A stretch of DNA of 64,000 nt. It comes from the human T2T-CHM13v2.0 reference genome, Homo sapiens. The stretch lies in the NCBI RefSeq assembly GCF_009914755.1, contig NC_060926.1; one strand, 5' to 3'. This document shows positions 1 to 13,713 of this stretch, piece by piece. Every line of letters starts with the position of its first letter. The stretch's first letter is position 1. The translations under genes and the position numbers were made by a program. Under the pieces are notes generated by a model that ran no database searches, was not told the DNA's origin, and saw only the letters and a list, made by a program, of their open reading frames with translations.

Positions 1-413
1 TTACCCAATGAATACACACCTCTGTTAGGAACTTAACTCATAATTGGAGGAACTCTAGCATTCTCTTTTCATTTTCTGGAACATTTTAGTTTATCCAGTA
101 AACACATCAGTACATGACATAGTTAATCTGTTCTTTTCAGATGTTCTCCTGATCAATACTGTGATCAAATCAATTTATAAACATCCACATAGATCACATA
201 ACAAGACACTTTCAATGTAATGAGATTCATTCATTCTGTGGAGAAAGACATGAGCCTTTCTACTGTCTGAATAACCACATTTCCATACAGATACTCAATA
301 TGAAAGGTGTTAGTCAGGTGGCAGAACTGAAAACTATTCTGGAGGGAATAATTGAAGCTAAATGGGATTCTTAGTGCTAATTTGGAACAAGCAGGATATT
401 TTACCAAGCTGTT

Positions 414-883
414 TGGGGATTCTTAACCTTTAAATGCCACAGGCTCCTTGGAAAATCTTGTTAAAACTATAGAAACCCTCTGAGAATTAATTTTTAAGTG
501 TACAAAATACCAAAAAATATATATATTGAAATATGGTCACCAAAATAGTTTAAAATAAATGTGTAGTAGGGTAATATATACTGGAAAATTATCTCTATCT
601 TGAGGTACTTCTAATAACTATCATAATTTCAAAATAGTAACAAGCATACATGATAATCCCAGACACTTGCAACTATAATGTTCTTATGAAAAATCTATGA
701 TTTATATTATGGATAAAGTACCAGTTATTGCAGTACGTCTATGGTTTGCTGCTTATAGTCATAATTAAAGTAAATGTTATTTCTTACTTAGAAATTAAGG
801 AAACATATTTTCCCCCATCCAAGTTTATGAATTCTAAACATGGACCACTGTCAAGGTAGTAAAAAAAAGGTTAAGAAACCCTG
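414..883. mobile_element. hAT-Charlie DNA transposon (Charlie4a-like)
   Basis: Terminal inverted repeats gggattcttaacct ... aggttaagaaaccctg; interior resembles the Charlie4a consensus as recalled. Confidence 0.6.
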
Positions 884-1084
884 TGTTAATGATTTCTCTG
901 AGAGGCAGAAGTGATAACGAAAACATTAGACTATGCTACATAGATCAAATATACACACAGACACAAAAGAGAGAACATAACCCATTTTGTACTAGAATTT
1001 CCGGTTCTTTGTTATAAGAATCTGTGCCTCTTAGAAGTCAGCATGATGCAGAGTATGTTTGTTTAAGGTCTAGTAGAACATATA

Positions 1085-1085
1085 T

Positions 1086-1133
<48 letters not shown>

Positions 1134-1393
1134 TGGGATGGAGTCTCGCTGTGTCACCCAGGCTGGAGTGCAGTGGCGCGATCTTGGCTCACTGCAACCT
1201 CCGCCTCCTGGGTTCTCCTGAGTAGCTGGGACTACAGGCGCCCGCCACCACGCCTGGCTAATTTTTTGTATTTTTAGTAGAGACGGGGTTTCACCGTGCT
1301 AGCCAGGATGGTCTCGATCTCCTGACCTCACGATCTGCCTGCCTTGGCCTCCCAAAGTGCTGGGATTACAGGCTTGAGCCACCACACCCGGCC
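1085..1393 (-). mobile_element. Alu (AluSc/Y-like) with (TTTA)n tail and ~22-bp internal deletion
   Basis: Alu consensus on the minus strand; TSD tagaacatata on both flanks; caagcgattctcctgcctcagc is missing near 1214. Confidence 0.95.
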
Positions 1394-1744
1394 TAGAACA
1401 TATAATTTAATTAATAAATATTCATTTTAAGAATTCCTGATATCAAAAGAATAACAAGACAGCTATTTGGTTTATGGTACATATTTATTATGGATAATGG
1501 TATGAATGATGTTACATAAAACCAGGAAGAGGAAAACCATGATTAAGATGTTCATTTAGTTTGTAGTGTTTCTATTATGGCTATTGTGCTATCCATATTC
1601 CCCTAAAATGCTGATTTTTGAAAAGGTGTTTAATATATCTCATTTAACATGTCAAAGCAAAGGGAAAATTCTTAATAAAAATACTTAGTGACTTCATTTT
1701 ATTTAAATATTTTCTTAGCCCAAATTTATGGTTTTGGTTATCTA

Positions 1745-1900
1745 GACTATTGTTACTTAAATTGTGGGCCAGGGAGCAGCAGCATCTGCAACTGCATGGG
1801 AACTTATTAGATATGCAGATTCATGAGACCCCTCTCCACTCCAAACTTACTGAGTCATCATTTGGAGGAGTATGGCTAAGGAATCAGTCTTTTAAGAACC
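1745..1900. mobile_element. MER5A-like hAT MITE
   Basis: gcagcagcatc...gggaacttattagatatgcagatt...acttactgagtca motif order. Confidence 0.6.
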
Positions 1901-2024
1901 ATACATAATGTTCAACAACAATAACTGCCAGTTAACTACCAATATTTAAACTTAGAAAGATTTTATATTAAAAGAATTCAGAATTCTAATCTCAAGAAAA
2001 AAGAAACAGACAAAACAAGGATCT

Positions 2025-2580
2025 GCTGTGGTACATCCAGACAATGGCATATCATTCAGTGATAGAAAGAAATGAGCTCTCAAACGAGAAAAAGACATGG
2101 AGGAACCTAAAATGCATATTGCTAAATTAAAGAAGACAGGCTTAGAAAGGTTATATATAGTTGAAACTCTATGGTTTCAACTATATGACATTGTGGAAAA
2201 GGCAAATTACAGAGACAGTGAAAAAGCCATGGTTGCCAGGAGCTGGGGAGGGGGAATGAATAGGTGGAACACAGGATTTTAGGGCATTGAAAATACTCTT
2301 GTGATACTACAATGGTGGATACATGTCATTATCCAATGGTGAATCCATACATTTGCCAAAACCCAGAGAAAGTACACCACCAAGAGTGAACCTGATTGTA
2401 AACTATGGACTTTATAATAATGCATCACTATTGGCTCAACCATTGTAATTAAAGTAGCGCATTAATGCAAGATGTTAGTAACAGGGATACTGTGCAGTAG
2501 GAATAGTGGGCTAGGGGAAAGGGAATATATGGGAATGCTCTCAATTTTTCTGTAAACCTAAAAGTAAAAATAATGCTATT
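2025..2580 (+). mobile_element. Old L1 3' end (L1MC-like)
   Basis: ctgtggtacatccagacaatgg...caatggtggatacatgtcattat...ctcaatttttctgtaaacctaaa. Confidence 0.8.
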
Positions 2581-3194
2581 TAATATATATGTACATACAT
2601 ATATGTGTGTCTACATACATACATATGAGGCAGAGAAAGACCAGACCTGAAAAGAGACCTGGCAACACAGGACTATATTTTTGTGTAATTCTGCAGCTGA
2701 GTAGTAGCTACCCCTTTTTGAAGGGCCAAGGACACACCAACTTGCTTCAATGCTCAACTTGCCATTTTAAGAATTTGATTTATATACTTCTGGCTTCTGA
2801 ACCTTTATGACTCAAGTAATGCAAAAGCAAGTTTTAGGAGCAGAATTGGTATTAATTCATTCAGTAATTGCAAATTATTTGCTCTTGAGAACTCTGGGAG
2901 AGGATACCACTGTCACCGTCTTCTGTTACTACTGTGCTTACCTGTGATTATTGCTGCAGCTGGGCCAGGAAACATGCCAACCCTTATTCACCACTATAAG
3001 TTAGGTGCTAAGATAAGGTAGAAACTTGCTGGAGGTCACACAAGTACACTGGCTGGAAGAGGGTACTCAGAATCACCAGGCTATGCCAAATTGTTTCTGG
3101 TTACTTTTTCATTTGGTAGATTTGGCAGATATTTTTCAAATGGAAATTAGAATTTAGTGTGAAGAAATGTTATCTAAAACATGGGAACTGCTAA

Positions 3195-3428
3195 GGGAAT
3201 TGAACAATGAGAACACATGGACACGGGAAGGGGAACATCACACACCGGGGACTGTTGTGGGGTGGGGGGAGGGGGAGGGATAGCATTAGGAGATATACCT
3301 AATGTTAAATGACGAGTTAATGGGTGCAGTACACCAACATGCACATGTGTATATATATGTAACAAACCTGCACGTTGTGCACATGTACCCTAAAACTTAA
3401 AGTATAATTAAAAATAATAATAATAATG
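3195..3428 (+). mobile_element. 5'-truncated L1PA 3'UTR
   Basis: gggaattgaacaatgagaacacatggacac, G-tract, then aaaacttaaagtataat and an (AAT)n tail. Confidence 0.95.
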
Positions 3429-3429
3429 T

Positions 3430-4200
3430 CTTCCTCTCGCTCAATCTGCACACGGAGTTGGTCACAAAGTCCTTAATTGTATCAATTAACATATTCTTCA
3501 AGTCTTCTCTCACTCTTCCAGTTCCATTGTCCTCATCATTTGCTGCCTGAGGGTTTGCAATAGCTTCTTAATTTATCTCCCTGTTGCCGGCATCATGGTC
3601 AATGTCCTTTCCCATTCAGCCAGCTCCAGTTTCTTTCATGAGTCTGCCAGAATTGTCTTCTAAATGCAAATAGTAATCATGTGGCTCCCTTCCTAACATC
3701 TTTCACTGATATTCTAGTCTAACTGCTTTAGCAACATTTAAAACTCCTTCAGACAGCCTTTCTAAGTTTATCTGCAGCCTCAGTCCCAAAGGTGCATTAG
3801 GATCCAATCACACAGAACCAATCTGAGATTTTTAGAGCTCTCAGTTTTTTCTTACTGATAAAACTCTTTTACCATGGCGTTCCCTTTGGTAAGATTTCCT
3901 TTATTGCCACATCTGCCCAATAAACTCTCACTTATCCTTCGTGTCCCAACAAAATTATCCCTGTCTCTGAAACTCCTTCTACTCTCTTAACTCTACCCCA
4001 GGTATGTTAAGTAGTAACCATTACCAGAACATTCTGTTTATACCAATATTATATAGTTTATTATGGTTAATTTTACCTGTCAGTTTCCCTCATCTAGAGA
4101 ATACATCAGAGACTATTTTTTGTCTATTTTCCTAGCATATAGTAAATACTCAATAAGTATTCCGTGAACAAATAGATATGAGTAAATGAGTGAATGAATC
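3430..4200. mobile_element. L2 fragment
   Basis: Degenerate L2 3' region ending tactcaataagtatt...tgagtgaatgaat. Confidence 0.6.
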
Positions 4201-5709
4201 TGCATGTGAAATATATAATGCTGTTTTGCTGATTTCATTACAAATAAATTGTGAAAAGGGAAATTTGCTGGTAAATTACATGTATGATTTAACTTCCTGT
4301 TGATTCTCTCATACTCATTTTAAAATTAAAAGTATATACAAAATGTTCTTAACGTCAGGAAGTGTGAGGCAAAACTGTCAAATGTGGAATATCAACTCTG
4401 AAAGCAGCCTGATTTTTGCAGGGTTGTATCTTTGAGTATTAAAGAACTTTACTAACATTCATTTGAAATATAATGTCTTGGGTTTTCATTTGTATTATGA
4501 AACAGGCCACAAAGACGTACTAAATGCTCATCTTTAAGGGCTTTCTTTTTCTCATCTGACCTTTATAACTGAAAGAAGCTTCAAGTACAATTTCATAAGC
4601 AGCAAAGCAGCTTCTCCAGAAATGACATTTGTCAGTATTTCTGGTTTGGGGACCCTCTTCCATGATAAAAAAAAAAAAAAAAAAATCTTAAAAGGAGTGT
4701 TTTCAGCTAACTCAGACATGATTCTATTTGTTACTTGAGTGCATATCCAATCAGATACTCAGGGAGGCAGATGTTTTGGACACACGTTTCTCTATAGCTG
4801 ACTTAGAGTGCATTTTATTATGTGCTTGGTTTGAAAACAAATTTCACAGCAAACTTTACAGAAGTATGCTGCTTAGTTTGTAATGCAGTTCACACACTCA
4901 GCATGAATACCAATTTATGAAGGTGTCATCAAGTTGTTTAAACCAACCCAAACACACATAATACAGATGGCATTGTAGGCATCAGTGCCTGAAAAATAAT
5001 TTGTGACATCTGTAGCCTTCTCTAATCATTTCAGTTTTTTGTGCTTTTTATTCAGTGACTCTTTTATGCCATTTCAAAATATAAATAGACTCATAACAAT
5101 ATAGAAATTGTTTTTTGAGCATTAAAATGAAAATTTTATTGTATATAATTTTTGTTATTTTATTATATTTACTTTAACATAGCTAGTATATTAAACATTT
5201 TGGTAGGTCTTTTTTTCTCCTTGCCTTTTATGGATCTTTTTGTCAGGCAGTTAAACAAACCACTTATTTAAAAAAAAATACAAATATTGCTGTTTAAATT
5301 TACATTTACAATTTCTTGCTGAAAGATGTACGTTTCTACAGTTATAAGTACCTGTTAAAAAAATAGATTTGTTTTTTTCTGATTATAAATGTAATTAATG
5401 CATTTTGGAAACTTTTTTAAAAATCCACAACCATGTATAAGAATTCTAAAAATCACCATGCATAATAAGCGTAGTTAAAATGTTGCTATTCATAATTCTC
5501 ACCTTCTTTTTCTAAATTAAAGTCCCTATAGGGGTGTATCTATCTGTATATCTAAATTAACCTGTGTGATAAATATTTTATGGTAGTTGTTTTATTTTTA
5601 TTTTTTCCTAATATGGTCTATATACTTAATTTCATTGCTCTTTTTTAATGTCATTAACTGGAGATCTTTATAAGCATGTTAGTGATAAAACAAGTGTTAA
5701 ATGAAAATA

Positions 5710-5986
5710 TAGTTGACCCTTGAACAACATGAGTTTGAACTGCACTGGTCCACACATGTGCAAGGATATTTAAAAAAATAAAAACCATCAACCCTTACCA
5801 TTGGTGGGTTCCACATCCACAGCCACCGGTGAGTGGTATTGTCAGGATGCAAAACCTGCCATAGGAAAGAGCCAACTTTTCATATCTGTGGTTTTCACAG
5901 GGCCAACTGATAGACTTGAATATGTGCAGATTTTGGTATCCACTGCATTCCTAGAACCAATTTCCCATTGATACCAAGGAATGACT
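5710..5986. mobile_element. MER2B-like TcMar-Tigger MITE
   Basis: tagttgacccttgaacaacatgagtttgaactgc ... gataccaaggaatgacta, flanked by TA. Confidence 0.75.
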
Positions 5987-6839
5987 ATATTGCTTTGAAT
6001 TTAATCAATACTTTATTGTTGTATATTTAGTCACTTTTATGATTTTGTAAACCATATTGACAGTAAAGTGTTGATTATCAGTAACACTTCGGGGAACAGA
6101 TTTTAGCACTAGGATGAGAATTTAGAAGGAAATTAACAAAATAAAAATGCATCACTTAAAAGAAAAATATTTTATCCTTGAAGAGAAAACACTCCTCAGC
6201 CTTGCTACCAATGAGGCATTTATTTAATACTTATGTTTATAGCATTTCTCATATTTACATTAACATTTTTTCTCTCTGGCAGGTAATTGGTAAAATAACA
6301 ATTTTAGGTTTTATTACTTGATTTAAAGTGAGTATGTATTTTCCCCAAAGGAATAATTTAAAGTTGAAATGAAACAATGCTATTTTGCTTTTTGAAAAAC
6401 AAGTTTGATAAATTTTTACGATATGATATATATTTATAGTCTTTAAAGTTTTAACTATAAAATACATTCTTTTTCTGTTCACAGTAAATATTTACTGGAT
6501 CTCATAGGTAAAAATAGAAGTAATTAATATTCTTATTAATCCTGGATGACTGCAGGTTACCTTTACATATCTCTTACAGGTTGCTCAAAGTATTTTTTCA
6601 TACTTTAAAAATAAATTACAAATAAATATTTAACATAAATAATATTTCACCATTTTCGTCAGTTCCTTAGTATCTAAGCTAATATTACAAATGTCAAAGT
6701 CTACTAATTAGTGTATTCCTTAAGAACATTATTAGATTTTCTCTCTCTTTTTTTTTATGTTTATATGTTATTGGTTATCATTTGTCTCTCTTCCCTTGTA
6801 AGAACTTTTAATATGAGAGTCTAATAAGATTAACAGTGA

Positions 6840-7095
6840 TAACATAATTGAAATACTCAGAGATATTTAGGGAATTCTTACCGAATATCAAACACTATGC
6901 TAACTATTATATATGCGTTGACTATTTAATTTAGAACCCACTCAACTTGTACTATTTCTAGCTCCCTTTGCTTATACAGAAACAAACGCTTATAGAGGTT
7001 AAACAAATGGCCCAACCCAGCAGTGCTAGTAACTTGAGAAATAGAGTTTCAAGCCCAGGGTGTCTGACTCCCAAAGATATGTTAATCATTTGACT
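6840..7095 (-). mobile_element. MIR
   Basis: MIR core agaggttaaacaaatggccca...tttcaagcccagggtgtctgactcccaa. Confidence 0.6.
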
Positions 7096-7352
7096 ACTAA
7101 ACTTGTAACAAGACAATGTTTCATTTCTTCAATGCATTTCCAGTTGCGCATACTGAAAAGCATAAATTGCTGTTTTTTGTGTGCGCATTTGGTAAAAGTA
7201 CTTCTACATATTTGAAAGTTGTCAATGTATTCTAAATATCATGATCAGATATATCTGAGCTTCAAATGGCTGCTTTTTGTGTACAATAATATTGGTTCTA
7301 TTTTGTGGTCATTAAGGATCTTTCTTTCCCCCTATCCATGTGGAATAATAAG

Positions 7353-7460
7353 CCAGTAGTTCTCAAACATTCATCTTAAAAATTATTGAGGAACCCAAAC
7401 ACTGTTTATGTAGGTTATAACTAATTTTATCTGTTTTATAAGAAATTAAAGCAGAAAAAA
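7353..7460. mobile_element. Charlie1 terminus (other part at 10640-11470)
   Basis: cagtagttctcaaac...tcttaaaaattattgaggaacccaaa matches the Charlie1 end. Confidence 0.6.
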
Positions 7461-7601
7461 TATATATTTATTATATGGTATATAATATATAAAAATATGT
7501 ATTATATTTATATAATATAGGATAATATATTTATTATATTTGTATAACATATAAAATATATTTATTGACATTGGTGTTGACCCCTTTTTAAAATAAGAGT
7601 A

Positions 7602-7697
7602 GGCCTGGCACAGTGACTCATGACTAATCACAGCACTTTGGAAGGCCCAAAGCTAGAGGATCACCTGAGCCTAAGATTTCAATACCAGACTGCGCCA
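7602..7697 (+). mobile_element. Alu left-arm fragment (AluJ/FLAM-like)
   Basis: ggcctggcacagtgactcatg...cagcactttggaagg...gatcacctgagcc; ends abruptly against L1. Confidence 0.8.
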
Positions 7698-8270
7698 TTT
7701 GTTTCTCAGGGACAAATCCCACTTGATCATTGTGTATGGTCTTCTTAATGTGCTGTTGAATCCAGTTTGCTGGCATTTTTTTCAGAATATTTGCTTTCAT
7801 ATTTATTAGCAATATTGGTCTGTAATTTTCTTTTCCTGTAGTATCATTGTTTTGGTTTGGTATCAGAATAATGCTGGTCTTGTGGAATGAGTTTAGAATT
7901 GTTCCTCCTATTTAATTTTTTTGGAAGAGATTGAGAAGCATTGGCATTGAATCTTCTTTAAATATTTGTTAGAATTCATCAGTTAAGCCATTAGCTCCTA
8001 GACTTTTATTTGTTGGGAATAAATACCAAATCAATGTTTTTAGTTGTAATTAGTATGTTGAGATTTTCTATTTCTTCCTAGTTCAGTCTTTGTGAATTGT
8101 ATGTTTATAGAAATTTATCTCTTTCTGCTAGGTTATCCAATTTGTTTGAGTATAACTGTTCATAGTAGTTTCTTATGATCCTTTATACTTGTGGACTCTC
8201 TTTCATTTATAATTGTATTTATTTGAGTCCTCTCTCTTTCTCTGTTGTTTAGTCTATCTAAAAGGTTGCA

Positions 8271-8581
<311 letters not shown>

Positions 8582-8811
8582 TCAATTTTGATTCTCTTTT
8601 CAAAAAAAAAAATTCTTAGTTTCATTTTTCTTTTGATTGTTTTTCTAATCTATTTCATTTATTTCTGCTATTATCATTACTATCTTTACTATGTTTTTTC
8701 TTCTGCTAATTTGGGGATTAGTATTCTTTTTCTAGTTCTTTGAAATGGAAAGTTAAGTTTATTTGAAATTTTTCTTTATTCTTAATATAGACATTAATTG
8801 TTATAGACTCC

Positions 8812-8870
8812 ACAGGGTCTTGCTGTGTTGCCAAGGCTGGCCTCAAAGTCCCAGGCTCAAGAGATTCTCA
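8812..8870 (-). mobile_element. Alu fragment
   Basis: acagggtcttgctgtgttgccaaggctggcctcaaagtcccaggctcaagagattctc. Confidence 0.75.
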
Positions 8871-9409
8871 CTTGTTATAACCTTATCATGAATTAACCCA
8901 TATATTATTTGAATTTATAAATTTATAATATATTTGAACTTATAAATTTATAATAATACATGGGTAAAATATATTATACGAATTTACCCATAGATTATTA
9001 TAGAATAACCTTCTTTATCTCAATTGTGACAGGTTTTGACCTATAATCTATTTTTTATATACATATACCTGCCTCTTCTCACTTTTTGTAACTCATAGAA
9101 TATGCTGTTTTACCCTTTGCTTTCAACCTTTGTGTGTACTTAAGAGTAAAATGAGTCTCCTGGATACTGTTTTTAATCCATTCAGTGACTCTCTGTGTTT
9201 TGATTGAATAATTTAACTTCTTTATACTTGAAGTAATTATTGATTGAGAAGGATTTATTATTGTCATGTTAATTGCTTTTCTGTTTTTTAATTCCTTTGT
9301 TATTTTTTTCCTATCTTGCTGTCTTCCTTTGTGATTTTTTTCTTTTCATAGTGATATACTTTGTTTCCTATTCTGTATCATTTACAGTTTCCTCTTTGTG
9401 ATTATCATG

Positions 9410-9630
9410 TGTCTTAGTCTGTTTAGTGTTGCTAAGAATACCTGAGGCTGGGTAATTTGTAAAGAAAAGGGATTTATTTGGCTCATGATTATGCAGGCTA
9501 TATAAGATGTATGGCAAGAGAGAAAACAAGAGTAGGGAGTAGAAGTGCCAGGCCCTTTTTAACAACCAGCTCACACCAGAACTTATAGAGCAATAACTCA
9601 CTTATTACTGCAAGGACAGTGCCAAACCTT
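9410..9630 (-). mobile_element. MSTB-like MaLR LTR (partial)
   Basis: tgtcttagtctgttt...cctgaggctgggtaatttgtaaagaaaag...tttaacaaccagctc. Confidence 0.8.
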
Positions 9631-10639
9631 TACATTTTTTCATATAATATATCATTTAAAAAGTTATTGCAGCTCTAGTTATTTGTAATACTTTAATCTT
9701 AACTTTTATATTAGAATTAAAAGTGATTTATATACCACCATTAGAGTATTAGAATTTTCTTAATTTGATGGTATACTTACCTTTGCCAGTGAGTTTTATG
9801 CCTGCATATGTTTTGATGTTGGTAATTAGTATCTTTTCATTTTAACTAGAAGAACTTTCTTTAGCATTTCTAGTAAGGCAGGTCCAGTGATGATAACCTC
9901 CTTAGATTTTGTTTGTTGAAGAAAATAATTATCTTTTTATTTGACAGCTTTAGTGGTTATCAATTTCCTAGTGGGCAGTTATTTTCTTTAAGCACTTTGA
10001 ATATGTCATTTCACTTTGACCTGACATGCAGAGTGTTGGCTGAAAAATTTACAGATAATTTCATGAAGTTTCCTTTGTTTCTGATAAATTGCTTTTCTAT
10101 TACTGCTTTCAAAATTCTCTCTTTGTCTCTGACTTTTGACAATTTGATTATCATATGTTTCAGTGAAGATGTCTTTATTCTCAACTAATTGGAATTCTTT
10201 GGGCTTTATCAACCTAGATGTTCATTTCCCTATTTGTATTTGAAACGTTTTTTGTCATGAATTATTTAAATAAGCTTTCTACACCTTTCTCTTTCTCTAT
10301 CCCTTCCGAGATTCTCATAGTATACATATTAATTCACTTGATAGTGTACCATAAGCCCTATAGGTTTTCTTCACTTTTTTATTGTTTTTACTTTTTGTTT
10401 CTTTGACTGGATAATTTTAAATTATCTGTCTTTGTGTTCTCTGATTCTTATATTTGATTAAATCTGCTGTTAAAGTTCTCCATTGACTTTTTCAGTTCAG
10501 ACATTATATTTTTTAGTTTCAGAATTTCTATTTTTTTATAATTTTTATCTCCTTGTTGAACTTCTCATATTGCTCACTTATTGTTTTCCTGATTTTATTT
10601 AGTAATCTATAAGTTATGTTTCTAAATGATTATTTCTAA

Positions 10640-11470
10640 ATGATTACCTACAATGAAGAATCTGACTCCATATCAAGGTACTTTCTATACTCTGCCGTAT
10701 TAAAATGTATTGCCTAGCTTGTAGTTCAAATGGATATTTTCACTCATGCTAAACTTTGTAATATTATTTACTGTTCATTTGGAAAATATTTTTTACTTAA
10801 TTATTACAGTCTTCCAAATATAGCATATTTCATATTACACTAGTTGGTAGTTTTATGTCATAAAATTACATTGGCTAATAGCATCACCAATCTCATCAGA
10901 GAATTTTTTTTACACATTGTAATGCTTTCAAGCTCAAGGTGAATGATACAAGTATTCTTAAATTGTAATTTTTGTTTAAAATCTTGAATTTTTATTATTT
11001 TTAAAAATCTACTACTGTCAGCTGTTTACATGAATAGCAGCATTATTTTGTTAATTTTGAAGAAAATATTAGGCAAATTCCCAATTGTTAAATGACAGTT
11101 TGTCTGTCATCCATCCTTTCCAGTAACAATGTCATTAGATGAAAAAAACAGATATGTTAGTTTGCAATTCAAACAATCTCATGATTGCTTATTTTAGGCA
11201 ACCATTATATTTACGTATGTAGCAGAAGTTCTTTGGGCATGCTCTCCGTTTCATCTCACAGAATTTTCAAAAGGTACATGTTGTTGCTGCTTACGTTATT
11301 TTTACTGGGAGGTGAAGAATTTAATGATCACTAGTATAGTTTGCTGCCAACTGGATTTCTCTAAGAGGCCAGCAACTTACCTACCATTGATTTTACATCA
11401 TCAGTACAAATGTCAACTCTGTGACAAAGGCAAATATCTTAGTTTTGCTTTGAAACTAGTTGAGAAACTC
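10640..11470. mobile_element. Charlie1 (hAT) internal part and second end
   Basis: ctagtatagtttgctgcca...catcagtacaaatgtcaactctgtgacaaaggcaaata matches Charlie1 as recalled. Confidence 0.65.
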
Positions 11471-12205
11471 TACAATAATCCATCAAAACTTCTTTGCTTG
11501 GTTCTACTTGAAACCATATGCCTATGTTATTGAGCTAAAGTAAAATTGTTTTCTCACAGTCCTAGTAGACTTACAGGTTAAGCCCATGACTTTGACCCTG
11601 AGTGCACAAAAGGACTAATTTAGAAGAATGTGTTGCATTAATTGTGATTATACTCTTTGCCTTCAAACTTAAACCAAATCATATAGGAAGCCAGATGTCA
11701 AAGAAGCATTCTATCATTGCTTCAAGTTTATATATGGTAACAAACTATGTATTGAGAAAGTATCTTTCTGATCATATGCCATTAAGTCTGAGTAGAAATA
11801 AGAAGCAAGATTAAATAACAGAACCAAAAAAAAACCCCCAGTTTATTATGAAAATAAAATAGTATCAAAGTAGTCTTACAACTTTTCTAGTTTTATCCCT
11901 CTTACAGACTCAGTCTGAATTGGTGAGTTTATTGCCCTATAGAAAACTTCATGGTTATATGAGGAAAAGTGAATTCTGGATTACCAGTTCATATTGCTTA
12001 ATCAAGATCTGATAAAGCTCTTCAACCTGGTGCTTTTTGTCAAACATATCTGATTTTACTGTATTTTAAATTAAATTTAAAATGTTTTAGACACATAAAT
12101 GCACTTTTAAAATTGTGTCTAGTATAATTTTAGTAACATTTTTTATTTAAATATTCTCCAGAAACTTCTTGGAACAGTTAAGTGAATGAGTAAGAAAGAG
12201 ATAGG

Positions 12206-12210
<5 letters not shown>

Positions 12211-12251
<41 letters not shown>
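12211..12251. repeat. (CA)n microsatellite
   Basis: About 20 perfect CA units. Confidence 0.98.
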
Positions 12252-12252
<1 letters not shown>

Positions 12253-12649
12253 CTTCTAAACATGTTTGGAAACCTCAGGTGGAATCCACTCTGAGGGGTA
12301 TCAGCCATAACAAACATGTTAATATATCACTGTTCACCTCATGATGGTTTCGAAAATTTCCTTTTTTTGAATATGCAGATTTGGGCTAGTCAGCTCAATG
12401 GTACATTTATTAGCATGTAAGTTTAAGTCATTGTTTTATTACTTATCCTTATTACACTACATGACTCATTAAAGTTATAGGCATTCTAGGAAGTTAGAGA
12501 GACATGTGAGCTCAAAACTGGATGTAGACCTAAACAACTACCTGAGAGCACAGAAAATAAAAACTAGAGATGGGGAAAAGAAAGGCAACTAATTTACTGC
12601 ATACATACAAAATATTAAAATGGCATTTTTTAATGTTATAATTAAAATA

Positions 12650-12848
12650 GTTTTTTTGGTGTTTCTGTGACATTTTATTAGGGTTTTTCTGACCATAAGT
12701 GACAGAAATGCAAACCCTACTAGTTCATCAAAAATAGATATGTAATGAAGATTGTTCTTTTCTCTTAGTATTGATGAGAAGAATTCCCTTGGTGATTTCA
12801 CAGAAAAAGTAAGCCAAGAAAAGAGTAGTGATGTAGCTAGGCATCAGG

Positions 12849-12883
<35 letters not shown>

Positions 12884-13220
12884 GTTTTTCTGTTCATATT
12901 AGCTTCATTCTTTTCTCACAGCAGTGCAACTTTCCCCAAATGGTGGAAATATGACCTCCAAGATTTCCATCTCTAGTAACATGACTCTTTTGAACAGATG
13001 TACAAATGTCAGGGAAGGAACTCATTTGCCTTTGGTCAGATGAATGCTCTGTAGCCACGCAGAATAATGATAAGAGGTCGGAGTAAGGGCAGTCCCTGCT
13101 TGAACTATATGGACTGAGTACAAGGTGTCAACAGTCCCCAAATAAAGAGGGGTTATTGTAGCTGAGGAAGGGATGGATACTAGGCAGACAAAATATAAGT
13201 TTGCACTACAGAGATTCATT
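12650..13220 (-). mobile_element. MLT1 (MaLR) LTR remnant containing (CT)n at 12853-12880
   Basis: ttagggtttttctgaccataagtgacagaaatgcaaacc ... gggatggatactaggcagacaaaa. Confidence 0.55.
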
Positions 13221-13713
13221 GTTACAAGATTTTAAAAATCAGGTCAATTAAGTTATTATAAATTATAGTTATAAGATGTATCCATGCTGAATAAAAATTA
13301 AATCCATTACTAGGCCAACTGCCAGCTGAGGAAAACAAAACACAAAAAGATGCTATGATTGTGAGCCTAGCAAAGCTTTGCATGTAAATTAATTAGTATT
13401 TATTAATGTTAAAGCAAAAAAGATAAGAATATTAATCTCCTAACAGCAAAGAATATTTGATGAACAGCAGACTATTTTCAAATTAGATTGCTGAATATTT
13501 CATTTGTCCTTGTATATAACAAATGGAGTAGGATGTGACCTTTTTTTTATTTAACTTTAATGTTATTTTGGAAATAAAAATTATCATGGGGAAATGTATA
13601 GGCTATTTCATTCTTAAAGTACAAAGCATATCTCATACTCAAAATATAGTATTTCATTTTTCTGCACATTTCTCTAGATAATATTTTTAAGACTGTAGTT
13701 TGACAGCTTACTA

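Noticed and set aside
141-306. Acceptor ttcttttcag followed by ATG as a possible coding exon
   Set aside because: The ATG frame closes early (TAA TGA) and the donor is weak
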